A stretch of DNA of 64,000 nt from Lama glama (Eukaryota), in NCBI GenBank assembly GCA_028534125.1, contig CM052818.1, positions 13,580,001 through 13,644,000 of the forward strand. Reading direction: 5' to 3'. Below the pieces are notes generated by a model. The model worked only from the letters and a program-made list of their open reading frames with translations. It had not been told where the DNA came from and did no database searches. Shown here in pieces: positions 1-13,616 of the stretch. A program made the position numbers and the translations under genes. Positions within the stretch are counted from its first letter, which is position 1. The number at the start of each line of letters is the position of its first letter.

Positions 1-612
1 CAGGAAGGAAAGGGACAGGGCACAGCCATTCAAGGAAATGACACATTTATTAACACCAAAATGTATACCCTTCGATAGCTCAGCGGGTAGAGCAGGGTAC
101 AACAGAGGTAATTTATTAACACCAAAATGGCAGAAAATTCAACTCCCAGTAGGCATTGAGGCTCAAGATGGCAGGAGATTTGACTTCAAATTGACCTTGA
201 GCTTCATATACACTTATTAGCATGATATTATATTAGCATATATTAGCATGATAAATAACATGCCCACAGGCACCATGACAGTTCCAAGGCTAAAGATAAA
301 ATGTCAAAGAGTAGGTGGTGGCCCAGTTCCTGGGAATCCCAGCCTCTTCCCCAGGGTAGTTGGAATGGTCCTCCCATTTGTTGGCATGTGAAGCTACCAA
401 GCCCATAAAAACTGGTGACACCATACCTTGGGGCCTCTTTTGCTCCCTAGTCTTTGGGGATGGCCCACACTCTGTCTATGGAGTGTGTATCTACTGTACT
501 TTTAACCTGAGCACCTAACCCCCACACCTCATGGTCTTTCCCTTGCCTTCTGTAACAGCCTACACTCTATGTAGTACGTATGTACCTCTCTAAATAAATC
601 TATCTTTATTTA
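1..612 (+). mobile_element. ERV1-class solo LTR (start at or before window edge)
   Basis: LTR-like sequence with TATA-like 'cataaaaa' (~404) and AATAAA (~593). Confidence 0.55.
69..105 (+). pseudogene. tRNA-Tyr 5' fragment, retroposed, between 19-bp direct repeats
   Basis: CCTTCGATAGCTCAGCgGGTAGAGC matches the tRNA-Tyr(GTA) 5' end; flanked by ATTTATTAACACCAAAATG at 45-63 and 111-129. Confidence 0.7.
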
Positions 613-887
613 AAAAATTAAGAAAAAAATAGAAAAACCATGCTGTTTGAGTGGCAGCAAACCACATCCCCAGCTCTAGGTGGACACTGTCTAAGCCAGT
701 CATCCTATCCCCCTGAAACAAACATTGACTCAGTAACCCAGACCTATATCATTCAATAGCTATTATTCTACCAGCCACTATGATTGGTTTAAGGTTGGTA
801 CAATCAGAGCAAATCTGACAAATTTGTTTAATAGCTAAAAGATGTAACTCCTTTTTTGCATATGAACAAGGAATCACATAGGCCAGA

Positions 888-1407
888 TGTGGTAGCCAGA
901 CTCCAAGATGGCCCCCAATAATTCTAGACTCCTGATATCCACATCTTCGTGTAATCTCCCTCCTACAATGTACCAGGATTGGTGTGTATGACCAATTGGG
1001 CAGAAGTGATGGTATGTTACTTCTGAGATTGCATTCCAACAGACTAGGTTCTGTCTCCTTCCTCCCGCTTTCTCTCTGTTTCTCCCTCATTACTTGCTCT
1101 GGAGGAAGTCAACTGTCAGGTCATGAGAAACCCAAATAGAGGCCCACATGACAAGGAACTGAAGCCTCCAGCCAATAGCCATACAAATGTATTGAAAGTA
1201 GATTATTTAATCCCATTGAAGCCTCAGATGACCAAATCCCAGCTGACATTTTGATTACTGTCTTGTGAGAGACTCTTGAGACAGAGTTACTCAGTTAAGC
1301 CATGCCTAGATTCCTGTCACACAGAAACTGTGAGACACTAAATGTTTATTCCTTAATTCACTAAAGTTTTGGGGTAATTTGTTGTGCAGCAGTAGGTAAC
1401 TCATACA
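888..1407 (+). mobile_element. MaLR solo LTR (MLT1F-like), nested in an older MLT1-like LTR (~635-1630)
   Basis: TG...CA ends; typical 3' end 'aagttttggggtaatttgttgtgcagcagtaggtaactcataca'. Confidence 0.7.
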
Positions 1408-4369
1408 TCTGAGGAATCACTCTTGCAACTGAGAAGAATAATAGGCTGAAGGTAAAGAAAGGGCTATGTGGGTCACAGAGAAATGGAGCTACAGCCCTAC
1501 TTAATGCACTCCTGAAGCCCACTTTATCTCTAGTTCTCTTCAGTTACGTGAGCCAATAAATAAATGCCTTTCATTTTTTAAACTAGTTTGAGTTAAATTT
1601 TCCAGTGCTTGCAAAGAAAAGTAGGCCAATGCAGAATTTGTTTGGGGAGACACAGTGCCTCTAAATGTGACTCCCAAACTACCCTGGTCTCTGCCCATTT
1701 GCTCATGTAGTAGCTCTTTAGTCTCTGTCCATTTTATTCTTACCCATTCTTCATGGCACTGATCAAGTCTTCACCTTTCTGATCTGATGACCACTCAAGA
1801 GCATATCTAGGGTGATCTAAATTCATACATACTTTAGCTGTCACTTCTATTTATTTGGCACTTGTTGTATATTGTCCTATCTTTGATGAGTATTTACTTA
1901 TCTAGACTGTAACCACTTTTATATATTTCTAATCCCTATGGTATATATCATGGAAGGCACTCATTAACTATTGACTGTTTGATTAAATCTAACAGTTGGG
2001 ATTTCTTAATGCAAAAATGGTCTATGTAGCTTGGAATCACACATCTTCATTCTGGCAGGTCAGATGCCAAGATATCTGCTGTAGCAAAAAGAAAAATCAA
2101 AAGAAATAAAGGGGTTACCTTTTTTGCTGACCCATTTTTTCTCAATATCATCCTTTGGACACACAATAATGAAAGATTTTAAAGATGCTACTTGGTTTCC
2201 TGACAACATCATCTCATAAAACTTTCTGTATATTTGAAAAGGATGCAGAGCTGTCCAGGTAAGCTATGGTTATTACATACATTTTTAAAGCATATGTAAT
2301 ATCTATTCTAAACAGCCTGAACTCAGTAGAGTACAAACATAAAATGTCTTTTCTTTTTCCCAATTACTACCTTAATCCTGTCTGCTGAATCTTCCTTTCT
2401 CATCCCTTAACAACATTCTGGGAAGCTCCTACAGCTTTGAAATTATGACATTATTAAGAAGTTCAGCCCAACTTAAAACTTCCTTTTGGCTTCTCCCTTA
2501 CTGCAGCTCAGGCATTTGTGGCCAGAGTCTGAGAAATGGAGAAGGGGATTGGTCTCCTCCTTCACTCCTCCTCCTTTCCCTCTTGAGGGGGGCTTGGGTG
2601 TTGGGGCTTGTAGTAGAAGCAGAGATGGAAGGGACAACTGTCCACCTCAGTGCTGTATTCTGGCCTTCTCTTGGCTGATGCTGCTTATTGGCCTCTGTGT
2701 GGCAGACATATGTGAGGGTTCTTAAGGCGTTTGTGAGGGGACCTCCCCAGGGCCTAGGCTCCTCCTAGCTCTTTTAATACCCTCTCAGTTGCTAGCCCTG
2801 GCATTACCCCCAAAGCCTCCTGCATAGGGTATGGACAAGTCAGCTCAAGTCCAGCTACTTTCCATGGAGGGTTCTCGACCCCTGAGAAACCCATAAATCA
2901 CTGCAATGCCATGAGGAGGGGATAGGCTGCTCCATGGCCTCACTTCTCTCTGTCCCATTATTTCACTTTGATTCTCTCTTCCCTTACTTGCCCAGGCAAT
3001 ACAGCCCTAGCCCAGGATCCTCCTGCCATAACAGGCTGCTTCAGAAATCCACAGAGTTCTCTGAAATCATGAGAACATCTCATCTATCACTCTGCCATTA
3101 ACCAGTTAAAATCAGTCATTCAAAATCATGTCCAGTATGGAAAAATGCTTATGACATATTTCATTTACTCATCACTCATTCAAAAACTATTTGTTGAGAG
3201 CGTACTATGTGCCTGGCATTGTGCTGGCATTTGGGGTACAGACATGGTTCCTACTCTTCTGGCGCTTATAGTTAAGTCATGGAGATAGATGCTACCCACA
3301 AAATCAAACAAGTAAATGTATCACTACAAACTGGAAGTAACACTAACCAGAATGAGTACAACACACTTTGAATGTGTCTAACAGAGAGATCTAGCTTCAT
3401 CGGAAACACCAGTGATTGTAAAGATAGGGGGAAGGAATGGGGAAATAAGGAGCATCCCAGGTCATGGAAGACATGCCAGGCCAAGAGAACCACATTTATA
3501 GATCCTCTATGGCAGGAAGGAAAACTGAACATACTTTGATGGCAGTTTTATTTAAGCAAATGGGGGGAGTCCAGCAGCAAATACACTAAAACATTAATGA
3601 TGTTTTCTTTTGGAGAATAATTGGTGATGTTCATTTTCTCATTTATGCTTTACTGAATGTTCCACATTTTCTATAATAAAAAATAGAGGCTTTTTGATCT
3701 GTGAGGAAAGTCAGCCTAAAGAAGTAGTTAAGAGCTAACTAGAAAATCTGGCCCAAAATGTCTCTGTGTGAGGAGGAGGAGAAACAGAACTCCTAGTCAC
3801 TCCAGACTAGAAATCCAGAAGCCAGAATGGGAAGCTAGAGTTAGTGGTACAAGAACATAATTAGCTTTGGTGATTTAAAAGTATTTAAAATGTATAAAGC
3901 TGTGAATGAGAAGGAACCAATGTGTATTGAGCCCTCTTATGTGCCAAGCACTATTCTACACTCTTCATAGCATTTCCTGCAACAGTAGTATACAGATGTC
4001 ATTTATTTCCACAGTGTACCCCCTGATTGTGTTCCTTTCCCTATACTAACCTCACAAAATGGATATTATAATAGCTACTTTACAAATGAAAAAGAAAGTG
4101 AGATTTAAAGAAAGGTCAAGTAATTCACTTAAAGCAGACATCTATTAGGTGGAAGAGGTGGGATTAAAAGGAAGGACCTGTCTGACTCCAAAGAAGCTCT
4201 TAGGACGGCTGTCATCATCATAGATATGACAGATTGTTTATATTAAGATTTACCCATAAGAATTGGGGAAATGTATGGACTATGCTTGTTTTGTCGCTGG
4301 CCAAAGATAGGATTATGCTGGCAGGATGCTTGGTGACCTGTGCCAAGTACAGTCTTTTTAAACATTACA

Positions 4370-4530
4370 TAGTACCGAGGCTGTTCTGAGTGAATTAGAA
4401 ATCTTGTCTAATTTAATCCTCATAACAATCCTGTAGGTACTGTTATTATCCTCAGTTTGCAGATGGAAACTGAGAAGTTTATAGAGAAGTAAAATAACTT
4501 GCCCAATATCACACAGGGCTGTTATGTGAA
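4370..4530 (-). mobile_element. MIR SINE
   Basis: Core 'ttaatcctcataacaatcct...cagatggaaactgag...taacttgcccaatatcacacag'. Confidence 0.7.
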
Positions 4531-4835
4531 GCAGGCAAGGTGAATTCAGAATCTGTAGGCCTCACCACCAGGCTATACTTCATTCCTGAACTTTTAACTG
4601 ACTCATTTGGTCCCCTCTACACATGAGAGATCTAATTCCAAAATTTCCTTCTATGGGCTGGTGCCCCTGCTTAGACAAGTGAAAGAACAAAACTTTAGAA
4701 GCTTGAAGCAGGCAGAAAACCACTTTGACAGTGACTACCATTTGCCTAAGAGTCTGGGACCTAGGCTGGAAGGAAGTCTGCTCCCGATTCTCAGGGGGAG
4801 GATGCAGCTTGCCTTGTGAAAACAAAGTGTTAGCC

Positions 4836-5012
4836 TAGTGATTCTCAAACTGTAGTATACATCAGAATCACCTAAGGAACTTGTTAAAACACAGATTACT
4901 GCCCCCCCCCTTCTGATTCAGTAGGTCTGGGGTGGGGGCCCAAGGATTTACATTCTAACAAGTTCTCAGGAGATGCTGATGTTGCTGGTGGGGGAGACTT
5001 TGAGAACCTTTG
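4836..5012. mobile_element. MER5A (hAT-Charlie MITE)
   Basis: 'gtgattctcaaact...catcagaatcacct...ttctgattcagtaggtctggggtggg...actttgagaacc'. Confidence 0.8.
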
Positions 5013-5469
5013 GCTAGGACACAGGACTCACAAGAGTGTCAGCACGTTGTACCAGAAGCCCTGAGACTGAGAATTCCTCTCATCCTGGCCATATTCCACC
5101 TTCAGTAACCTGGTTCCAGAACAGTGGCTGAGAATGGAGAAGGAACTATGGTTCTCAAATCTGAACTGAACCAGGGCTGGAAGTGTTTGCTGAAAAACAA
5201 AAACAATGGATTTTCAAGTGATGGAAATATGACTTATTTTTCCTTTTTGAGGGGTGGGAGTGCAGGTAAAGGGCTCTGATTACTGTGGTTTGAGTATTTA
5301 AATCTGACAGGGAAAACAAGATATAGTCAAGCTTTAAAACACTGGAGTTATATTAGTCCCAAAATCCCAAATTAAGTTCACCTACAAATACATATAAAAA
5401 AAAAATTCCATTTTACATTTTGAGATACAAAGGAGGTCCAGAAATCATTAGATGACTTAAGTAACACTC

Positions 5470-5488
5470 GAGCGCCCTCTGGTGGGAG
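5470..5488 (-). promoter_or_regulatory. CTCF-binding motif
   Basis: Minus strand reads CCCACCAGAGGGCGCT, matching the core consensus CCASYAGRKGGCRS. Confidence 0.65.
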
Positions 5489-6279
5489 TTGAATTCTCCA
5501 TTGTCCAAGTGGAAGTGTTTCCCGTGCTAAACAATTATAAATGAAATTTCCTTTATTTTTTCCAACCCTTTGAAGTGGGTGGATGTTTTATGTATTGTGA
5601 ACAAATATAAAGAAAAAGATTAACGGAAGAGAGAGACTTTGGAGAGCACTGCTATGAAAATAGCTACATTTTTCAATTAGATACGTTGATCTAAATCAAA
5701 TCTGTTCCTCCTCAAAATTTTACTTACTAGACTTAGCTCCGTTGATGATCCTTCCTGAACTAACTATTATGATGACGATGGAAAAATACTTTTATTTACA
5801 TTACAGACTCCAAAGTATTTGGACAATAGTTAATACACAAAACCAGGATTCTAGTAAACTCTTGAAATTATCTCATTATAAATATTCTTCTGGTCTCAAT
5901 TCAAAACGCCTGCATCTTGTTTGTCAAGTTTGTTTCTTTTTACTTGACATTTTGTAAAGCTATCTTTTGTGTTTTGTAAAATGTCCTGACCCACTGCATC
6001 GATCTCTCTGGATTCACAGCACATACCTACAGGTTCAGAATCAGGCCTCAGGGATTCAGCTCAGGACATCTTTAAACTATTAATTAAGTCTAAGAGATAA
6101 TCTCTAGCACTTGCAATGGTTGCTAGTAACTGGAATATGATAACATGATATTGATATCTTCTTACCAATCTTTCAATCCATCAGAAGAACTGATGGAAAT
6201 TTTGAATGAACTATATTTTTAACATAGTAACTGAATTAGACTTACATTTTGAAGTATTTCCTTCCTTTTAGGATTCTAA

Positions 6280-6480
6280 TAATAGCACTTAGCATTTAAT
6301 GAATGCTGTATACTATTCACAACAACTGTATGTGATGAACACACTTGCTATTTCCATATTACAGATCAGGAAACTCAGGTTGACAGTTGTTAAATGTTTA
6401 CCCAAGTACACACAGCTAGTTAAAAAGCAGAGCAGAGATTTAAACGTAAGAAGTCTTAATTACACTCTTAACCAGTATGG
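6280..6480 (-). mobile_element. MIR SINE
   Basis: 'ttacagatcaggaaactcagg...gttaaatgtttacccaagtacacacagctagt'. Confidence 0.65.
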
Positions 6481-8899
6481 TACACTACCTACCTCCCTTT
6501 TTATTGTTTTTTAATCTCTTTCTATAGCAAAGGAAAAGACAAGTGCGGACACAGGTAAGTCTCACATTACCTCTATAAACCTGTTTCTCTATTAGATGCC
6601 TTTATTTCTATAGAGGCAGTACCATCCTTTCAATCTCTTATGATTCAACCAACTATAATCTTTGAACTGAGCCCCATTCTCAAATGCAGTCTTTTCCATC
6701 ACTGGACACCTCCTCTCTATTCCTGTTTCTGGCATCCTGGTATAGCATCCTGAATCTTCTCCCTGCCTTCAATCTCTCTACCTCTATTTGTCTCATATAA
6801 TACTTGATAATATTCTTCCCAAAGCATGATTCTGTTCAGATCATTATCCAATGCAAAGCCCCAACACCCATTACACATAGAACCCCAATGCCTTCTATGA
6901 CACGGCTCCATCCCACCACACCAAACTTTTTAGCAAACTCTTCACTCTAGTCACAAATAGGAAGTCTCAGCTATTTCCAAACAATATCGTAAGGGTGTCC
7001 ATGCCTTCACTTGGACATTTCTCTTCCATCACATTCCTATATACAGGTCTTACTAGTCCTTCAAGGCCCAAATCAAATACTACCTTCTGCAAACTAGAAA
7101 TTATTCCTGTTCCTCTGAGGTTTTTTTCTACTTCCTCTGTGCCATTTATTATTTTTCATCTTGTGTTTCAAGACAAATCCACGTGGGTGGTTGACAAGCA
7201 CATTAAACTTTGCATGACCAAAACGGACCTCATCTTTCCCATACTCCAAAACTTTCAGGAACCTGGGAGTCTCCCTAGAGTCCTCCTCCCTCACCCTCAT
7301 CCCTTACTTTGAATCAGAGGCCAAATTTTATTCTCCTTGAACAACTCTAGCATTCACTCCCTCTCACTCCTTTGTAACATCCTAGTTTATGTCTTCATCT
7401 TTGCTCACGCAATTAGCAATTTGTCTCTTAAGTCTTTTCTTGTCCTCTAATCTTACACCCTCAAATTCATCCTCCATACCACTACACAAGACATCTCTTA
7501 GAAATTTAAGTCTCCAAATCACTCTTCTGCTCAAACGCATTAAAGTTCTCTACTGCCTAAAGAGTACAGTCCAAGATCCATAGCATAGAATCACTTATTA
7601 TCTAGTTTTCTGTCCTGTCACTTTCCACCTTCATTTTGCAAACCAGTAACAGCAAACTGATTCTAGTTCCCCGAACACAATCTGTTAATTTACACCTCTC
7701 TCTGCCTTTGTTCTGCCTGGATTAATCTTCCCCTTGGTTCTCCCTCTTGCAAGGCTTCTGTATTGCATTATGATGGGGCGGAGGGGTTGGTATCATTCAC
7801 ACAGGATACAATCAGTTGTGCTAGCAGTAGCCCCTGGCACCCTCAGCCCCAGTTCTGTATCTGATGAACTCAGACTTATTATTCTGGCTCAGTTTGAAAT
7901 TCATCTCTCCCAGGAAGCATCCCTGAAATTCTTCAGTAGTCTGTGCACATGGCTTCTATTAGAGCATGTTGCCATATTTTTTTTTTAAAAAATCTGTGTT
8001 TACCTCTCCCATTACCAGACTTGAAGGCCATGACTTACTCATCTTTGTAGCTCCAGCTCTTAGCCCAGTGTCTCATATTCAGTAACTGAAATGTTATGTT
8101 CACACCATTTCTCTGTCAGGACTGTGATTTGCTAGAGAGGAGGAATTCCAGGTTACAGCATATGTCTTTACATTCTCAATAGTCATCATACACAAAGCTG
8201 ACTGAATATCAGAATCTCCCAGAGAGTTTTTGTTTAAATACAGTTTCTGGGAATTGAGCATATTACAAAGGTGACATTTCATATCATTGAGAGGAAGGGA
8301 TAGCAACCATTTCTCCAATAGTGCTAATTTTTACAATATATATAAGATATAATGTGATCAATGGTTTAAAACTTTGATTGTGATAGGGAGCTAATGTTGA
8401 GAAAGTAGAAAAAATGTGTACAAAGCATAGGACACAGAGCCACTTGCTGGAAAGGCTAGCTACTCTATTGGCATGTCTGATATTTATTTACCTGGGTATA
8501 ACATTTGCTCTTATGTTTACCTTTGGTGTTTGTGAGATGTGCTGCAAGAAAAATTGTCAGGTCAAGGCCTAAGGTTAAAGAGGAAAATGAGGCTCTGGAG
8601 TGAGTGTAATGTAAAGAAAATGAAGACGTTTGTTAAAGATTATTTATTATTTTTAGTGTTTAATAACTAAATACACTTATATTCAAAATTCTTTTATTAT
8701 TGAAATCCCTGAAGCAAAAATAACTTGGTTATTGCCAATATAAAACTCTCTAATCCCTAATTTCCTTTTTCTACTGAAACAATTGTTTTGATAACATACT
8801 TACATAGTGAGAAGTATCTCTGGAATGATACAATTGAGTTACAGCAGAATAGATTATATTAAAAAATGGTATTAGGACAACTGGCTGACCAAATGAAGC

Positions 8900-9820
8900 T
8901 TACAGACTGGAGGAAAAACCATCAACATGACAAAAGCCAAATCCATCTTTTTTTCCCCAAATCTAGCCGTCTTCACACTTCTCTGAGACACGGTTGCTCA
9001 CACCTCTCTAAGACAGGCATACTGTGTCATGTTTGATCCTTTTCATGCCGTCTCCCCAACATCCAATGTATTACCTAGTCTTACCAATTCTACCTCCTAA
9101 GCATCTTGTAAATTTGTCCATTCCAGTGAGCTTCCTGCATCCCAGTTTAAACCTCTATCATCTCATATCTGGATTTCTGCAATAGCCTCATAACGAGTAT
9201 CCCCTTCCTCTTTGCTTGTGGTTTTCCAATCCATTCTTACAAACCACACCCAGAGTGGTCTTTCTAAAACAAATCCAATCAGTTCATTCCCCTGTTTATA
9301 ACCTTCAAACGCTCCCCACTTATAGTAGAATAGAGAGCACACTCCTAAATGCAACGAAAAGAACACTGCACTATCAAGGCCCCTTCTTTAGCCTCATCTC
9401 TTGCCACTTTCTCCCTCAAACATTCTTATCCAGACACAGTGAATTTACTTCACTCCTCTCTCACTTCCTGGCTTCTACATATATATGCTGCATTTGCACT
9501 AACCACTTTTTCTATCCCTTGGCCACTTTCCTATTTATCAAGCAGCTTACCTGATACCCTTCCCTACCAGTTTGTGTTGGATTCTGATCTCTGTTCCCTG
9601 TGTCATCCTGTACTATGCCCATCATAGGCGCAACCACACCAAATTGTGTTTAGCTATTTTTCTTTTCCCATTGGACTATAAATTCACTGAATGTAGAGAT
9701 TTTGCCTATCATGTTCACTCCCAAACCTCTGGGCTTAATACAATACCTGGTACATGGTAGGCATTCAGTAGTTAATTGGTCAAATGGATGGATAGATAGA
9801 TAAATAAATTAATGAATAGA
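8900..9820 (+). mobile_element. L2 LINE 3' region
   Basis: Ends 'cctggtacatggtaggcattcagta...aatggatggatag...aatgaa', the typical L2 tail. Confidence 0.65.
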
Positions 9821-12068
9821 TTGTATGGTAAGTGCTATACTGAAAAATTATTAAAAGGTATCAAGACCACCCTCAGGTTCTATGATTCACTAGAAGAACT
9901 CAAAGGACAGATTGACCCAATGTTGAAACTGAACCATAATGCTTTAAGTACTTTTTCCAAATTTACCTCTTCATCAAAAGGGATAATAATTTGAATGTAT
10001 AGAAATAATGGCTTGAATGGAGTATACCTTCTTAACAGTCAAAGCAATCAAATGTTATGACAGCTAAAAACTAAAATTAAAATCTTCCATAAGAAAATAT
10101 TGGGGGGATGGGAGGAGTTAAACTTTGATGGGGACAGTGAAGCAAACTAGCCATGAAAATTAAACTAAGCTATTTATCTAAGGCCAAAACCAAATTAAAT
10201 AGGGACTAATGAGAACTAGGCAGCAGCCTGAAAGAAATCTCATATGCCCTCTTCACCCTGGTATTGCCTTGTTGGGGGTCCCAAAGAGTCCATATTTAAG
10301 GAACAAAATGTACAGGCATTTGCTGTAGAAATTGCTGTTTTCTCACACAATAGTATGGCCTCCATTAATGTTTAGTGGAAATGAGAATGATGTATATTGG
10401 AGGCAGAAAAAAAGACAAAGAGATTGTTTAAAGGAAGAGAAAATGAAAATATGGATGCCCAAATGGAATTCGTGTGAACTTACTAATTTTTGAAAGCTAT
10501 ATGAAAGACTGGAAAAGACAACAAAACATTAAGGCTAATATTATTGCTTCAACTGCAAAGCTGCTTCTCTCATAAGACTGATGCATGTGTACAAGCACAA
10601 GAGAAGTTTTATTTTAAATATAAACATTTCAAGGAATAGTGCATGACCTTGAACATCATCTCTTTAAAAGAGAAAAAGCTGTGAGAAGCTAACGGCTTAT
10701 GATTTTAATGAAGGTTAACAATACCAATGTAAAGCTATTTCACATACAATAGTCCATTTATTAGTAATAGCTCATGCCAGTCTGCAGAACCATGTGTTTC
10801 ATATTTGGATTAACATTATCATCTTACCCAATAAGCCAAAACTCAAATGTATGGATTGCCTCTCTCCTGATTAGACTTTTGTGTAAACTGTCGTAGGGAG
10901 AAGGAGAAAATCAGGTGAGGGATGGCTTTACATTGTTCCTGACCAAAACTTAAGGACAGCATATTCCAAAATCAGATCAAAGGCATAATTGTTCTGTTAA
11001 GAAAACACAGAACAAATTTAAGGAGCAAGAGAAAATGTTAATATGATCTGAAATTGCCACTAGCATATTCAACAAAAAACAACTCCCAAACTTTCCTCCA
11101 AATTTTAATCCACATTAATTACAAATGACAAACACGGTTAGTTTAAGCCATAATGGTCTGAGCTAATTTGACTGAGCATGCAATGTAGTGTTGGCAAGGT
11201 CAGGCTTTTGTGCTCAATTACTTTTCCTTCATGCTGACTTTAAAGAAACTGTTTTGTGAAAAGGAGTAACAATCCTGCTATCCAAAGAACAACTAACATA
11301 AAAATGTAAATAACAATCCAAAGGGGGTTGCATTTAGTTAAAATCCTAAAGACACACAAATGCATGCAAAAATCTATTTATAAACTGATTCTATTTATCA
11401 CAATTCTGTAAAACATTTTCCTAGCCAGTCTGTGACAATGAATGAAGGCTTTGGGAGTATGGTCAGTACAGGAAAATCCATCCAACTAGGAAAAATGACA
11501 ATGACTAGTTTTGGTAGAAGCAACCAATAACCATAATGGTGATTGGAGGTATCATGACACAGAGGAACGCCCACGAGACTGAGGGTCTGGATACAGAATC
11601 TAGCTGTTTGAAGGTATGGAAAAATTAGGGGTGATCCCCTCATTGGGGCAGACCTCCTTCTGATTCTTTTATTGTGATGAAGAGAAATTTCAGTACACCA
11701 AGACAAAGAGAGGTTAAAGGGAGTTTTACTATCCTTTATTCTCCTTCCCAAAAGTAGCAGCAAGGATTATCCCTGCAGCATCTGACTTGCTCCTACCCCC
11801 TGCCCTAAGGTGGGAGGCTTTAGTTATCTAAATGATCCAAAGCCCCCAAACTGCTCAGTTCACTTGGTTTCTGGGGAAGATACCAAAGAGATATCTGCCA
11901 CCTGTACCAGCAAGGCTGGGTGACCATTCCAAAAGAGGGAAATGTTCTAACCCCTGTTACTGCCTTCTTCATTGCAGAAAATATGGGGCAGTGGTGATAA
12001 TGGACACAGCTTTCTTAACAAATCCATGACAATGAGAAACAGGTGTTTCTTAAACTTTACCCTCTCAT

Positions 12069-12656
12069 TGAAGGAGAATTAATAAAATGGCCATACTTAG
12101 GCTAACAGATTGCTTATTGTTATGCTTGCTCTTAAACTAGCCAACTAACCCGACTGACCAGTTGCTGTTCACAGCTCCAGGCCCATTATTAAAATGAAGC
12201 TATCTTTATCCAGTCCCTGTTTTATTCCAGTAATCGAAAGCAATAATCATACTTGGTTTCTGAGTTGTTCTCCAGGGAGAAGGTCACAGGACTGTAACCT
12301 TACAATAGCCTGAGTTACCAAGACCATGCCATGGGTGTTTACGAGATAAAGAGATCAAAAGAGTGACAACCACTAGCCTCTATAGAATTAGTCACTTGGA
12401 GACACCATGATGCCACTGTGAGCCTTATGAGAAGAAAATAATTCTATTGATTGTTATCAATGCTTTATTGTTTAAGCTATGGCTATATAATCACCCTGCC
12501 CCATCCCCAAGATTCACAGCTTTGAAGGCACTAGACTGCTATGAGTCCCCTTTGCCTGGCAAAGTAATAAAGCTTTCTCTTTTCTTCTATTCTCTAAGAC
12601 TTTGTCTCTTAGTTTCAATTCAGCTCATCAGGGACAGGGCCGATCTTTCGGCAACA
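12069..12656 (+). mobile_element. ERV1-class solo LTR inserted into a MER34-like LTR
   Basis: TGAAGG...TTCGGCAACA ends, TATA 'ctatataa' (~12483), AATAAA (~12566), near-TSD tcat/ttat. Confidence 0.7.
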
Positions 12657-13212
12657 TTATGTTAAGTACCTGAGGCCTGTGAATTAAACTCACAAAAGAC
12701 AGATTGACAAAAGACAGTTTAACAAAAGAAAATGCATGCAAATTTTACTGATGTCAGTATTTCTACATGCACAGAAACTTCATAGAAAAGAAGTGAAAAT
12801 CCAAAGAAGAGGTTAGGCTCAGGGGCTGGACCATTTTAACAGTGGGTGATAAACTGTAGAAAAGCAACTAGGCAGAGGAAGGGAGGCTGGAGCATCTAGT
12901 AGTGATACATTGAGGGAAACCAATGGAAGATGAAAGTTATTTTAGGAAGGTTTGTTTACGCAGATTCATCTCAGTGCCAGCCCTCTATTTCTAGTGATAA
13001 GAATCATTCTCCTCATCCTGGCATAGAAGAAGCCGTGGGGGGACTTATGCCTCCTTCACAAAGGGACATTTGTATGCCCTATTTTTAGGCAGATAAAGAG
13101 AGTGCAGAGAACTTTTCCTATATTTGTTGGCTCTCAATTTCCTTCAGCTTAAAATAATCCTTATGCCAAAGTGGCCTATTTTGGGGTGGCATATTCTAGA
13201 TTATTTCTTCTG
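12657..13212 (-). mobile_element. MER34-like ERV1 LTR
   Basis: Reverse complement begins '...agaatatgccaccccaaaataggccactttggcataaggattattttaagctgaagg'. Confidence 0.7.
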
Positions 13213-13263
13213 CAAACATTCCCATCTCCTTTGCTCCTATATCCCTCTGTCATCCATGCATAG

Positions 13264-13616
13264 TGTCTTAGTCAGCTTAGGCTGCCTTAACAAAATATCA
13301 CAGACTGAGTGCCTTAAACAATAGGTATACATGTTCTCTCAGATCTATAGTCTAGAAGTCTCAGATCAAGGTCCAGCATTGTTGGCTCCTGATGAGAGCT
13401 CTCTTTCTGGCTTGTAGATGGCCACCTTCTCACTAAGTTCTCACAGGGCAGAGAAAGAGCTCTCTGGTGTTTCTTCTTATAGGGACACTAATACTATCAG
13501 AGCCTCATCCCTATGACCTAGTTTAACCTTAATTACTTCCTCACTCCAAACATAATTGCATTGGGGGCTAGGGATTCAACATACGGATTTTGAGTAAACA
13601 TATTTCAGTGCATAGC
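13264..13616 (-). mobile_element. MaLR solo LTR (MLT1A/B/C-like)
   Basis: 'tgtcttagtcagcttaggctgcc..aacaaaatatcacagactgagtgccttaaacaa...catttcagtgcatagc'. Confidence 0.75.

Noticed and set aside
69..105. Functional tRNA gene
   Set aside because: Only the 5' part is present; there is no T arm/B box or acceptor 3' strand.
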